Below are positions 50,011-63,226 of a stretch of DNA of 64,000 bases, piece after piece. Below the pieces are notes generated by a model, which saw only the letters and a program-made list of their open reading frames with translations, was not told where the DNA came from and did not search any database. The stretch is taken from NCBI RefSeq assembly GCF_006345805.1, contig NC_043004.1:9548001-9612000 (forward strand). Reading direction: 5' to 3'. Position numbers and translations under genes: made by a program. The DNA comes from Octopus sinensis (taxonomy: Eukaryota). Each line of letters starts with the position of its first letter. Positions within the stretch are counted from its first letter, which is position 1.

Positions 50011-50045
50011 GTTTCCGACGAAGAGCTCCGCTCGAAACGTTAAAC
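50011..50045 (+). ncRNA. Minimal type I hammerhead motif (family c), U4C core variant, in a repeat at 49950-50140
   Basis: GUUU | CCGACGA | A-GAGC-UCC-GCUC | GAAA | CGU (palindrome ACGU) | U17 | AAAC; 3' end of the repeat runs into (TA)n. Confidence 0.6.
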
Positions 50046-50207
50046 CTCCTTCTTTCCTTCTTCTTTCCTGAGCGTCCAATAATACTATATTTGTTCCACC
50101 ACGTCCTCGCGTTGTTGTGTTTTTTTTGTGCTTTCTTGTTTGGATTAACTATATATATATATATATATATTCTTATATATATATACGGATAAAGTATAAT
50201 TTTCTTA

Positions 50208-50278
<71 letters not shown>

Positions 50279-50433
50279 AAAGTAAGATAGGGGTTATGAG
50301 GGTAACCCACTATGGGATATCACTTATCCAATTACCTATATATGTATATATGTATGCAGAATAAGACTGAAGTTGCTATATTAACTGTATGATATATGAA
50401 TATACTGACATTGTTTGTAAAATTAATGTGCTA

Positions 50434-50849
50434 GGCGCAGGCATGGCTATGTGGTAAAAAGCTTGCTTCCCAACCACGTGGTTCTAGGTTCTGTAACTCT
50501 GTATGGCACCTTGGACAAGTGTCTTGTACTATAGCCTCGGGCAATGAATTTAGTTGACAGAAACTGAAAGAAGCCTGTCATATATATATGTCTGTGTGTG
50601 TGAGCACGTGTGTGTGAGTGTTTTTGTGTATTTATGTGTGTGCGTCTTTGTCTCTGTGTTTGTCCCCCACCATCGCTTGACAACCGATGTTAGTGTGTTT
50701 ACGTTCCCATAACTTAGCGGTTCGGCAAAAGAGACCGATAAAATAAGCACTGGGCTTACAAAGTCCGGAGTCGATTTCTTCGAATAAAAATCCTTATAAG
50801 ATGGTGTTCCTGCGTGGCTGCAGCCAAATGACTGAAACGAGTAAAAGAA
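50434..50849 (+). mobile_element. SINE family 1
   Basis: Same modules as 18021-18421, more diverged. Confidence 0.8.
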
Positions 50850-50855
50850 TATATA

Positions 50856-52136
50856 TAGGAATTGGACAAAATAATGGAAACCCCTATCATCATGGCATCA
50901 TAATCTTGAAATATCTATAAAACCGTCAAAAGCTCGTTTATTTTTATCTTTTTTTAAAATTTATTATTAGCGTTGCTAATAATGTTTAGTTAAAATTGTT
51001 GTTTCTTTTCAGATAGCACCAGAAAAAAGTAATTAAAATTCATTAAAATGACAGATCTATCGGTCTTTCAAAGAAGTCAAATTGTTGGTACTCGTATGGT
51101 AGGAGCTAACGTAACGAAAACAGCCGAAATGTTTAGTGTATCGAGATATAGTGTCTCGAAAGTAATGGCAACCTTTGAGAGAGAGGGAAAAAATCCTTTC
51201 GTCGAAACAAAACTCCGGTAGAAAACCAAAACTTTCAGATAGGGACCGTCGGACTGTTAGGCGAATTGATAGAAAGGATCACAAAAGTAAAGCTCCCAAT
51301 ATTACTTCAAAACTTAATGATCATCTCGAGAAACCAGTTTCCACAAAAACTGGTCGCCGGGAGCTGCACAAAGCTGGATTTCACGGGAGGGCTACAATCA
51401 GAAAACTACTGCATTAAAAAAAAATTGCAAAGCGTTTAGAGTGGAGTAAATATCTACAGAATCGGTCCCTAGAGCAGTGGAAGATTGTTATTTTCTCGGA
51501 CGAGTCATCCTTTACCTTATTTTCGACCACCGACCGAGTATACATGTGGAGACAGTCAAAAGAATCATTTTACCCAGACTGCCTTCTTCCAAATGTTAAT
51601 CATGGAGGAGGATCTGTGAATATCGGAATGGGGGGGGGCTATAGCTTAGAAATCCGCCGGCCCAAGGGTTTCTCTTCATGGCAGACTTAATAGTTAAGAC
51701 TATTTAAGCATTTTACCTGATCAAATTCATCCTATGGTTGCGGAACTGTTTCCGGAGGGAGACACAATCTTTCAGGGTGATAATGCACTAATTCACACAG
51801 TTAAAGTTGTAACTGAATGGCACGAGAAACATTCTAGTGAAGTTGAACATCTTATCTGGCCACCACAGTCCCCAGATCTCAATATTACTGAACATTTATG
51901 GTGCATTTTAGAAAAACAGGTAACGAGTCGGTATCCTCCACCATCATCACTACAAGGACGGGAGACTGTTTTAGCTGAAGAATGGACAAAAATTCCTTTG
52001 GAAACAATTCAAACTCTGTACGAGTCTATACCTCGTAGAATTCAAGCTATAATTATTGCCAAAGTCCGTTCTACCCCATATTAAAATAAATTCCATTGAA
52101 ATTTTAAAGTGTTTCCATTATTTTGTCCAACCGCTG
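50856..52136 (+). mobile_element. Tc1-like (DD34E) transposon, full length, frameshifted
   Basis: TIRs TTGGACAAAATAATGGAAAC at both ends; SGRKPKLSDRDRR (HTH region), VIFSDESSF, FQGDNALIH, WPPQSPDLNITEHLW. Confidence 0.9.
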
Positions 52137-52497
52137 TGGTTTGGGTAGCGGAATCGCGGTCAGGGGATCGCGGTTTCGATTCCCAGATTGGGCGTTGCGA
52201 GTGTTTATTGAGCGAAAACAACTAAATCTTCACGACGCTCCGGCAGTGGGGGGGGGGCAACCCTGTTGTATTCTTTCACCACAACTTTCTTTTACTCTTT
52301 CTTTCTGTTTCTCTTGTACCTGTATTTCAAAGGGCCAGCCTTGTCACACTTTGTGTCAAGCTGAATTTCCCCGAGAACTACGTTAAGTGTACCCGTGTCT
52401 GTAGAGTGCTCAGCCACTTGCACGTTAATTTCACAAGCAGGCTGTTCCGTTGATCGGATCAACTGGAACCCTCGTCGTCCTAACCACCGGAGTACCA
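52137..52497 (+). mobile_element. SINE family 4
   Basis: Aligns with 41576-41880, including the tail TCAACTGGAACCCTCGTCGT. Confidence 0.8.
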
Positions 52498-53563
52498 CTG
52501 ATATATATATATTACACATATTTATGTCATGCTATGTGTGACGTGTATAAGATTCAAATATATTAGTTGCGATCTTATTGAAGTAACATAAAAGCTCTTC
52601 AAATTATAGGAGATGAATTATTTACGGGTCTTAATGCGTTCTCTACGGCTTTTCTCACAAAATCATTTAAGACTGACAACCTTCAGTCTATGGATTTGTT
52701 ATCCAGAGCGCTATAGTCATACTTATCGATGCTCTCATCATTAAAGAAAACATTCCCTTCTATAGCTGTTGAGCCCTCTTTGTACATTAACAGAAAATCA
52801 TAGACACCTTTCGCTTTTCTTGTTTTTGATTAGCATCTGATTAGCTTCGGGCGACCAGATCTATGATCAAAGTTGTTTCAGTCATAATCCTCCCAATTGT
52901 AAGTCAAACACAGCGTATCGTAAAAAGTACCAACTTATCTAATTCATTGTGCTTCCTTGCTTTAAGTATATCAGTCTTAATATTAGGGATTGATCAACCA
53001 TGTAGAGTTTCCATCTTTGATACGATGAGCTTTTTTAATTGTTGTTTAGACTACATCAATCCTAACAGAATAGACCTAGTATCAAAGGCGTTCCAAACAT
53101 GACGAAACAATCTATCTTTTTACAATTGCAATCTAAGACTATATTGATTATTATTTAACATGTCTGTCGTTTCCTGATGATAGAATATAATTTGAAGGAG
53201 GTTTCACAGATCGATCGAAAATTTTGTTGTCTCAAATTACAGTGGATCCATTTAGCTTCCATATTCCTCTTAAATTAATTCAACAGTTTGATCCAAAAGA
53301 AGCGCACGCCAATTTTCCCTGAGCGAAATGTAGCTTCAGGCAGGTTGAAAGAAAAGTCGATTGAAGCAAAATTGCCCTTGGTAACAAAGAATCCCCCGCG
53401 GCTTCATTTGAACCCGCGACCCCTAGGGCAAAGGGTTCGGCACATTATCAACTTTTGATATAAACAGATGCAAATATGAAGGAAATTAGACACGTGTAGA
53501 AACATATAACAATGTCTGCAATGCATAAGCACACAATTCCACACATACTTGTGTGTCTATGTG

Positions 53564-53604
<41 letters not shown>

Positions 53605-53834
53605 ACATATACACACACAGATACATATATAAACACATACATATATATGTGTATATATATATATATATATAGAGAAGAGAGAGAGAGATATGTATATATA
53701 TATATACATACACACACACGCATATATATAAGCATATATTCACACATAGACCTACGTACAATATGTACTTATGTATGTGTATACGTGAGCGTTTGTATGT
53801 GTGTGCATATATATGTATATATATATATATATAT

Positions 53835-53865
<31 letters not shown>

Positions 53866-53962
53866 ATATGGTATATAGAATATATATATATATATATATA
53901 TGTATTTATATGTATATATATATATATATACATAAACATACACACACACAAACACACACACG

Positions 53963-54024
<62 letters not shown>

Positions 54025-54189
54025 TAGATATGATATAATTCTATTAGGTTGTTAATTATCTAATTAAGCACGTCTAGCTTTCTGTAGGTCATCTATGTAT
54101 TTATCCCTCTTCCGACATCACTTTTTCGACATACATCTATGAATTCTTCCTTCTGTCTATCTATCTGTCTGTCTGTCTATCTGCGTGTC

Positions 54190-54231
54190 TGCCTGTCTTT
54201 ATGCAAACATAGATACGTACATACATACATA

Positions 54232-54264
<33 letters not shown>

Positions 54265-54308
54265 GCAGACAGACAGACAGACAGACAGACAGGCAGGCAG
54301 GCAGGTAT

Positions 54309-54405
<97 letters not shown>

Positions 54406-54425
54406 CAGATAGATAGATAGATAGA
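54190..54425. repeat. (CATA)n/(GACA)n/(GATA)n microsatellite
   Basis: Direct reading. Confidence 0.9.
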
Positions 54426-55126
54426 TATCGATTCGTTTTGCAAGATTCCTGATATGGAATCGTGTGTTAGAACATATATTGTTGCATTTCGGGATGGTCA
54501 TCTTTATTTATTATTATTTATTTTTTTACTAAATGAACATACGTTTGTGTCTTTGTTTGTGTGTGAATACAAACGCATGCGCACATAACGATACACAACT
54601 TAGAAGAACAGAATGGAGAAAGTGGAGCAAGAACACACACGGAAACGAAGAGTGTGGCGAAAGATTTCCGGACAATGAACAGGCGTTAAAATAACAAAAC
54701 AACAGTAATAAACGAGTGAAGAAAAAACATTTGTGCATGTGTATATTTGGCAAAAACAACAACAACAACAACAACAGCAACAACAGCAACAATAATAATA
54801 TGATATAATGCTGAGAGTAATAATATGAAAACGAATCTCCCAAGACACAACAGAACATGCTTCAACACACGAACTCATATAAAGAATCATGCAAACCAAA
54901 TCTAAAAACGAAATAGTGATAACGATGTCGAAATATCGTTCACTAGATGACAATGAAACTCTTTTAATTTTAACTCTACATCTTCTGGAGGAGTTACCTC
55001 AATCCTTTATATATTAACCAAAATGAAGTAGATTGACAAAATTATGTTTTGAACCTGTTGAAGACACACAAGATGTCAAAATATAGTTCACTAGGTGACA
55101 ATGGCACTCTTCTTTGAATTTTGACT

Positions 55127-55217
55127 TAATAATAATAATAATTATAATAATAACACAATAATAATAATAGAATAATAATAAAATAATAATAACAATAAAA
55201 ATAATATAATAATGATA

Positions 55218-55262
<45 letters not shown>

Positions 55263-55290
55263 TAATAATGATGATGATGATGATAATATA

Positions 55291-55373
<83 letters not shown>

Positions 55374-55396
55374 TAATAATGATGATAATGATGATG

Positions 55397-55445
<49 letters not shown>

Positions 55446-55904
55446 TGATGATGATGATGATAATAATAATAATAATATATATATATATACATATATACAC
55501 ACACACATACATATATATATCTGTATATATATATAATATATTAATATATATATTATATATAATATATATATAATATATAATATATATAAAATAATATATG
55601 TATAATATATAATATATATAAATAATATATATATATATATATGTATATAATATGCATAATATATATAATATATATATATATATTATATGTATAATATATA
55701 TAATAATATATATATAATGTATATAATATATTATTATAATTATATATATATATAATATATATATTAATATATATAATTATATATAATATATAATATATAT
55801 ATATAATATATATATAATATATAATATATTATATATATATATAATATATATAATACATAATATATATAATATATATATATTATATATTATAATATATATA
55901 ATTA

Positions 55905-55935
<31 letters not shown>
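55127..55935. repeat. (AAT)n tract (55127-55475) followed by degenerate (TA)n
   Basis: Direct reading. Confidence 0.95.
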
Positions 55936-55936
<1 letters not shown>

Positions 55937-55937
55937 A

Positions 55938-56510
55938 CCATGATGGTCCTCTGGCGGACATTCGTCCTCAGCCGCCTGGATACTGCTCACAGCTATGGTC
56001 ACCCACCAATGTGAAATTAACAGCGGACCTTGAAGCAATCAAGAGAAGATTCACAAAGAAGATCGTCTCTTTACAACAGCTCAGCTACCGAGAAAGGTTG
56101 AAACAGCTAAGACTCTACTCCCTGGAGAGAAGACGGGAGAGGTATGCAGTAATATATGTCTGAAAGATCCTAGAAGAAATTGTGCCAAATTTTGGCATTG
56201 TAAGCTACACCAATGCTAGAACGGGACGACACTGCATAGTGCCAAGGATCCCAGCAATGCCATCACGCTTCAGGACCAGCTTCTGCAACAGCCTGTGTTT
56301 CAAGGGCCCACAGCTTTTTAATATTCTCCCAAAGAGTCTGAGGAACTTGCACAAAGTAGATGTGGCGGTTTTTAAATCAAAGCTGGACATCTTCCTGTCG
56401 CGAGTCCCAGATGAACCTACCTCACGGCAAGAGGTGCAGATGAGAGTAGCTGTATCAAACTCCATTCTTCACCAAGTGCCACATATTAGACGAGGTTCTT
56501 CGCGATAACA
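55938..56510 (+). mobile_element. CR1-clade LINE 3' fragment
   Basis: YCSQLWSP, LEAIKRRFTKKI, LSYRERLKQLRLYSLERRRER, GPQLFNILP, FKSKLDIFL. Confidence 0.85.
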
Positions 56511-56658
56511 GTGTAGCACAAAACGGCGGTGCATCAGCATGGCCGCAGCTCTAAGCTGAAATTAGAGAAAAAAAAATAATATATAATATATATATATGTG
56601 TGTGTGTGTGTGTGTATGTGTGTGTATGTGTGTGTGTGTGTGTGTATGAGTGTGTGTA

Positions 56659-56696
<38 letters not shown>

Positions 56697-56891
56697 GCTG
56701 GCCGGTAACGTATTTTTCTGCAATGTATGGATAATTTATCCTGATCACGCTATTTATTGGCATTAACACGCGTTTGAGAATAAAAAAAAATTATTTCTAT
56801 ATCTTTCTATACATATATATATATATATATATTTACATATGCATGTATGTATGTATGTATGTATGTATGTATGTATGTATGTATGTATATA

Positions 56892-56927
<36 letters not shown>

Positions 56928-57067
56928 TGTGCGTGTGTGTGTGTGCGTGTGCGTGCGTGTATGTGTGCAGCTCTACAGGGTACATTTTGAAAATAATTTT
57001 CTTTCAACCGCAATATTTAAAGTTTCTGGACAAGAATCTATTTAAAACGGTTACTAGTAGAAAGTAT

Positions 57068-57261
57068 ATTATTTTCGAACGGCAGCAATTTCGGGGAGGC
57101 TGTGAGGAAGAAGTCGATTACGTTGACCCCTGTCCAACTTCTACTTATTTTATCGACCCGGAAAGAATGAAATGTAATGTCTACCTCAGCGGAATTTGAA
57201 CTCAGAACGTAAAGATATACGAAATGCTGCAGCGTGCTAACGATTCTGCAAGCTCGTCGCC
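57068..57261 (-). mobile_element. SINE family 2
   Basis: Reverse complement of the family 2 motifs. Confidence 0.65.
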
Positions 57262-57779
57262 TTAGTAATAGAAATTATATTTAAGGATTGCTTTAAATCA
57301 AAAAATAGCATGAATTAGATGATTTTTGTTGTTTTGGTTGTTGTTGTTTTCTCTCGGTTTAAAGATGTTCCAAATGTGACCATCTTATTTACAAAGACGC
57401 CAAACTTGATAAGAGTGTTTTCGTAGATGAATGATGTTCGAACAGGAAACCAGCATTTAAAACAAATCAGGCGGTTGAAGACCACAAACTGCGCGACTCC
57501 TGACACGAATCGCCTGCGAGTGAAAATAATTGATTCACACGGACAGACGAACCACAATTGTGAGTTAACCGCACAACCGGACATAGTCACAACTCTTTAC
57601 AGTATACACGATATAAAGTTTTGGTTATCAGAAAGTGAGTTCAAAGGAGGTAACTCAGCTGTTAACACTCAGTTTTAAGGTGTGAGGTGCAGATATCTAC
57701 CCAATGAGCAGGAAACATTTGAAGCCAATAAAGATACGAATTTTACTAATCTGGTGACATATCAGTATGTTTATCATCC

Positions 57780-58330
57780 AGCCGTACCCTTCTGATCCCT
57801 TCATGGTCCGGAAATGAAGCCTCAGTGCATCATATGGGTTCAGAATTCTTCTCAAAGCATTAAAACATTCGGCGGCCAGCGCTCCGCACAGAAAGCTAAG
57901 GGGACTATTTTGGGGAGATGACAAGCACGTTATTCTCTTTGATTTTCTGGAATATTTCTGTACCGTGGACAGTAAATGGGACACGGACACACTTAAAACA
58001 TTAGAGAAGCCACTAGGAGGAAAATATAAAAATCTGAGCAAGTTCCCCATTTAAAATAACAATGCCGGACCACACACATTTATGATAACAAATCAGACTA
58101 TCGGCAAATTAAGCTGTTCAGTGGACCCAATTCACTGGACAGCCGGATTTGAGGCTCTCTGACTTCCATCCGCTTAGCTGATGATAGACAATGTTCAGGG
58201 ACCTCTATTTGGTGATACAAACGAGGAGAAAATACCTTTGAAGAAGAGAATACCACAGTATACAACCGAAAATTTTCGAAGGAGATTCAAGAACTGGGTT
58301 TATCGACGGTGCCAATGCATCGCTTGTCAC
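57780..58330 (+). pseudogene. Old mariner transposase remnant
   Basis: PEMKPQCIIW, SAQKAKGTIFW, ILFDFLE, NNAGPHT and SPDLRLSDFH-like blocks in mariner order, with stops and frameshifts. Confidence 0.6.
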
Positions 58331-58773
58331 AATTCATGGCTACTATAGCATTCCTTTCGGTAGAACTCTTGTTCTATGTATGTATGTATGTATGTATGTA
58401 TGTATGTATGTATGTATGTATGTATGTATGCATGTCTCTTCTATTTTTAAATTATTATAAATTTTCCACTGACGAGGGAGCCGTTTCCAACAAAGATACA
58501 ACGCTCCATCTGTGAGATGTAGTTCACAAAAACAAATTCACATTAGGAACTTGGAGAAAAGTTTTGCATATTTTTACTGTTCCACCCACATGTTGGACTT
58601 GTAATATTCGAATTAGCCAATCAATTTCTCTTTCTGAAAATCCCAGTTTATCCAGATTCTCCTTTATACACACACAGACACACATATATAGCTATGTGCA
58701 TATGTATGTGTATATATATACATACATATTTATGTACATATATATGTATATATGTACATATATACATACATAC

Positions 58774-58821
<48 letters not shown>

Positions 58822-59389
58822 GCATACATGTACACACGCACACACACACACAGACATATATATGAACTCCTGAATTTATATATATATATATATATATATA
58901 AACACACATTGAGAAATGGGCAAACAGAGAAAGAAAACCTCAACCACAATTGAAATACAAAGACCAACGAAACAAACCGTTGGAATTGAACAGCGGAGTG
59001 CCCTAATCGATCTTCATAGCATCTCGCTAGACAACCAGTCAATTGACCGATCGAAGATGGTAGGGAAAAGGCGAAACAAAAATATTCGATAGAAGTCAAT
59101 TCTTACTTTTTTAATAAAACTCCACGCCGACTACAGTTTCTTGTTTTCTATTGTATATTAAGTTAAGTTCGTCACTATGCCAATAGTTTGAGAAAGCCCT
59201 AGGCTGAACAATTTCAGTACATGTTGTCTGATCACGTGCCAATTGCTTCAGAGTTCATTTTGACTCACAACTTAGAGGTCAAAGATGGCGGCCATAATTA
59301 TACACATATAACTGTTGGGCTGATATTATTTTTTTCATTGGAAGTGTCTTTACAAAAGCCGTTGTCGTTTCTTTTAGAAAATATTATTA

Positions 59390-59530
59390 TTAAAAAATAA
59401 AGAGATTATTTTTATCGTTATCATTATTATCATTATTATTGTTGTTGTTGATGTTATATGTTTGAATTTTGCTTTGTATTGTTATTATCATCCTCACCAT
59501 CATCATTATAATCGTCATCATCTTCAGCTC

Positions 59531-59572
<42 letters not shown>

Positions 59573-59593
59573 CATTATTATTATTATTATTAC

Positions 59594-59644
<51 letters not shown>

Positions 59645-59665
59645 CAATATCATCATCATCATCCC

Positions 59666-59741
<76 letters not shown>
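59390..59741. repeat. (ATT)n/(ATC)n microsatellite
   Basis: Direct reading. Confidence 0.95.
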
Positions 59742-59744
<3 letters not shown>

Positions 59745-62109
59745 TAGTTTTATTTTTATAGCGTGCTTTCACTTCACTACCGAGCGCAGCTCTGTGTGCT
59801 TTGGGTATGTGCTGTGGTTTGTTGTGATGCTTTGATGGTTACTGTATGGAAAGTGTTCTGCGTAGGATGTGTGCAGTGCCTAGTAGTGCAATTTTCTGTA
59901 TGTTATATGTGTTTGTAAGTCCTGGTGTTTTCGTTATGTATTTGTCTGAATATTTTTTATCATGCCTAATGCTCCTACTTTGATAGGAATTGTTTCTGTT
60001 TTTAGATTCCACGTTCTGGTTACCTCTATTTCCAGGTCTTTGGATTTTGAAAGTTTCTCCATTTCTTTTAGAGACACGTTGTCATCCGCTGGTATTGATA
60101 CGTCAATTAGAAAGCATTTTTTCCTTCATGATCTCTGACAACAATATCTGGTCTGTTGGCCTTAATTTCTCTATCTGTGTGTATTGGCATATCCCAGAGT
60201 ATGGTTGCTTTCTCGTTTTCTGTGACCTTTTCTGGTGTGTGCCTATACCATCTTTTTCTGTTGTTATTCCATAATGTTGGCATAGCTTCCAGTGTATGTA
60301 GGTCCCAACTCTGTCGTGTCTGTGAATATATTCCTTCTTAGCCAAGACTGGGCAGCCAGAGATAATATGATTTATTGTTTCTTGTCCATTTCCACATATT
60401 CTGCTGTTACTTGTTATATTTCTTTTCATTACATGTTTTTGGTAATTTCTGGTGGGGAGGCTTTGGTCTTGTGCTGCAATTAAAAATCCCTCTATCTCTG
60501 TTTTGAGTCCTGAGCTTCTCAACCATTGCTGGGATTTTTCTTTATCTATTTCTTTTGCATTTAGTTTAGTCCAGTATTTGCCATGAAGGGGTTTTTCTTG
60601 CCATCGTTTTATCATGGTTCGTTGCTGTTCTAGTTTTAGTTTGGATTTCAGTTGTTTTATAGCTTTTGTTGTTTCTTCATCTTCTTCTTCTTCATATTTG
60701 CTAGATGGTATGATTTCTTGTTTGTATTTGTCAGCTTCCTTAAATACTGAGAACAGTTTTTTGTTTTGCTCGTGTTTTGCCGCTATTTGTATAAGTTTTC
60801 CTTCCTGATGAAGTAGATATTTTTGAAGTTCTAAGATGGTTATTTTATAGTAGTTTTCCAGCTGTATAAAGCCGCTACCACCTTCTATACGTTGTATATA
60901 TAGCCTTTCTATGTCAGATTTTGGGTGATGCATCCTAGAACCTCTCATTATTTTTCTTGTTTTCCTATCTATTTTGGTCAGTTTATTTAGTGTCCAGTTA
61001 AGGATATTGTAGCTGTAACTTATAACTGGGACGGCTAAATTGTTAATGCCTATTATCTTATTTTTAGCATTGAGCTCTGTTTTTAGTATTGATCTAACTC
61101 GTCTATAATATTCCTTCTTTATTTTCTCTTTCATTTGTGTGTGTTGTGTCTCATCTAGTTTATGGATTCCTAAGTATTTGTAAGTTTGGCTTTGGTCTAA
61201 TTATTTTATTTTATTGGTTTTTTTCTAGTGTGATGTTGCTACTCTTAAGTAGTTTTCCTCTTTTCAGGGTTACTTTGGCGCATTTTTCTAGTCCAAATTT
61301 CATATCTATTTCTTTGGTAAATCCATGAACTGTCTTTAGTAGTGTTTCCAGCTGTTTGTCATTTGTAGCGTATAGTTTTAGGTCATCCATATATAAAAGG
61401 TGGCTGATCATTTTGCCGTAACATTTATATCTGCATCCAGTTCTATTTAGCATATCAGATAGAGGTGACAGTGCCAAGCAGAAAAGGAGTGGAGAGAGCG
61501 TGTCTCCCTGGAATATTCCTCTTCTAATGGGGATGGCTTTGGTTTTCACGAGTCCGTCTTTTGTTTGGAGCTGTAGCACTGTCTGCCATTTATTCATAGA
61601 GTGTCCTATGTATTTTATAATTGTTGGTGCTACTTTGTTAATGGCTAGTGTTTCGAGGATCCATGAGTGGGGGATGCTATCAAACGCCTTTCTGTAGTCG
61701 ATCCAGGCCATACTGTGGCCTTTCTTCTTTCTGTGGCTGTCTTCAGTTATGGCTTTATTGATCATTAGCTGATCTTTACAGCCATATGAGCCTTTGCGGC
61801 ATCCTTTCTGCTCTTCTGGAAACAGGTTGTTTTCGTCCAGGTGCTTGTTCAATCTTTGTGATATTACTGCAGTAAAAGCTTTGTACATTGTAGGGAGACA
61901 GGTTATAGGTCTGTAGTTTTCTGGTTTTGCTGTCTCATTGGATTTAGGAATTAAGATGGTTTTCCCCTTTGTGAGCCATTCAGGCATTGTCTCTGGCTCT
62001 GTCAGTATGTTGTTAAAGTTTTCAGCCAGCTTTTTGTGCATTCTTGTTAGATATTTCAACCAGAAGTTGGGGATCTGGTCATGTCCAGGGGCCTTCCAGT
62101 TGCTTAGTC

Positions 62110-62110
<1 letters not shown>
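59742..62110 (-). mobile_element. R4/Dong-like family C, second copy, 5'-truncated, frameshifted
   Basis: ORFs 61211-62059 (RT, YMDD) and 60103-61134 are closely similar to the 883-aa ORF; same 3'UTR; first Cys of the knuckle changed to Ser; ATT flanks. Confidence 0.93.
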
Positions 62111-62208
<98 letters not shown>

Positions 62209-62237
62209 GTTGTTGTTGTTGTTATTGTTATTTAGAC

Positions 62238-62627
62238 AATGAGGTGGAACAATCGTTAGCATGCCGGGTAAAATACGTCGCAGCATTTCGTCTGTCTTTA
62301 CATTCTGACTTCCAGTTCGACTTTGCCTTTCACCCCTCAGCCTCAATAAACTGAGTACCAGTCAAAAACTGGGGTCAATGGAATCGCCTAGCGCTCTGCT
62401 CTCAAATTTCAGGCCTTGTTCCTGTTGTAGAAAGTATTATTAACGCCGGGCAAAATACTTTGCGGTATTTCATCCGTCTTTACATTCTGAGCTCAAATTC
62501 TGTCGAGGTCGACTTTGCCTTCCCTCCTTTCGGGGTCGATAAATTAAGTAGCCGCTGAGTACTGAAATTTCTGTAATAAATCTACTCCCTCTCCCAAAAT
62601 TAATGACCTTGTGCCAGATTTGAAACC
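62238..62627 (+). mobile_element. Two tandem SINE family 2 copies
   Basis: Repeated ACATTCTGA...GACTTTGCCTT motif and tail b. Confidence 0.7.
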
Positions 62628-62636
62628 TTCATCATC

Positions 62637-63158
62637 ATGCAAGTCACCAAAGTGACAGTGCAGTACAAATATACGAAGCCCAGTATACTCATCGTGACTA
62701 CCTGTACGATAAGGGTACACGCATCACAACTATATTTGCGCGACATAGGGATCTCATATCAAGATAAACAACTGGGGCCCAGTTAGAATTTTCTTCGGGT
62801 GATGTAGCCCATCCCGCTCAAAAGGTCCCTGAATAAAGATTGTCTGAGGAGGTTGAACGAAACACCCATGTTTCCAAAAGGGAATTATACAAACCCCCAA
62901 AGAATTCCTCTCAATACATGTTTATGCTGCTCCTTAACTACTTCTGCTCGTGATCAGAGATGCACATATTGTCAGCCACTGAGGGACATGCTCAACTGGT
63001 TACGGTCAAACAACTGACAAGCAAATCTGTGGTATTAAGCAGAATATTTGCTGTAGCCCATCTTTTATACCAAGACTAAACAATGTACATGATAACACTT
63101 TCAATCATTTGAGATCAGAAACCATGAGAGCCGGTGATGGTACTGCATCAAAGCATTT
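62637..63158 (-). mobile_element. Non-coding TAA-flanked retroposon (copy 3, longest)
   Basis: Reverse complement of 7749-8239 with ~50 extra 5' nt; (ATT)n at 63161-63222. Confidence 0.7.
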
Positions 63159-63176
63159 ACATTATTATTATTATTA

Positions 63177-63222
<46 letters not shown>

Positions 63223-63226
<4 letters not shown>

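Noticed and set aside
52530-53330. Complex non-microsatellite stretch that might be a decayed transposase or gene
   Set aside because: All frames are interrupted and no motif was recognised.
54981-55053. Possible decayed hammerhead between the 55-bp direct repeats
   Set aside because: The core reads CUGGAGG and AAAA with poor stems I and III; it cannot be supported without a family consensus.
58469-58512. CUGACGAG followed by a GGAGC/GCUCC stem (hammerhead-like)
   Set aside because: The required GAAA and stem III are absent after the stem; at best a decayed half motif.
62844-62863. CUGAGGAG...GAAAC inside the 500-bp non-coding element
   Set aside because: Antisense to the element, stem II is marginal, and the motif is not conserved in the copy at 7749-8239.
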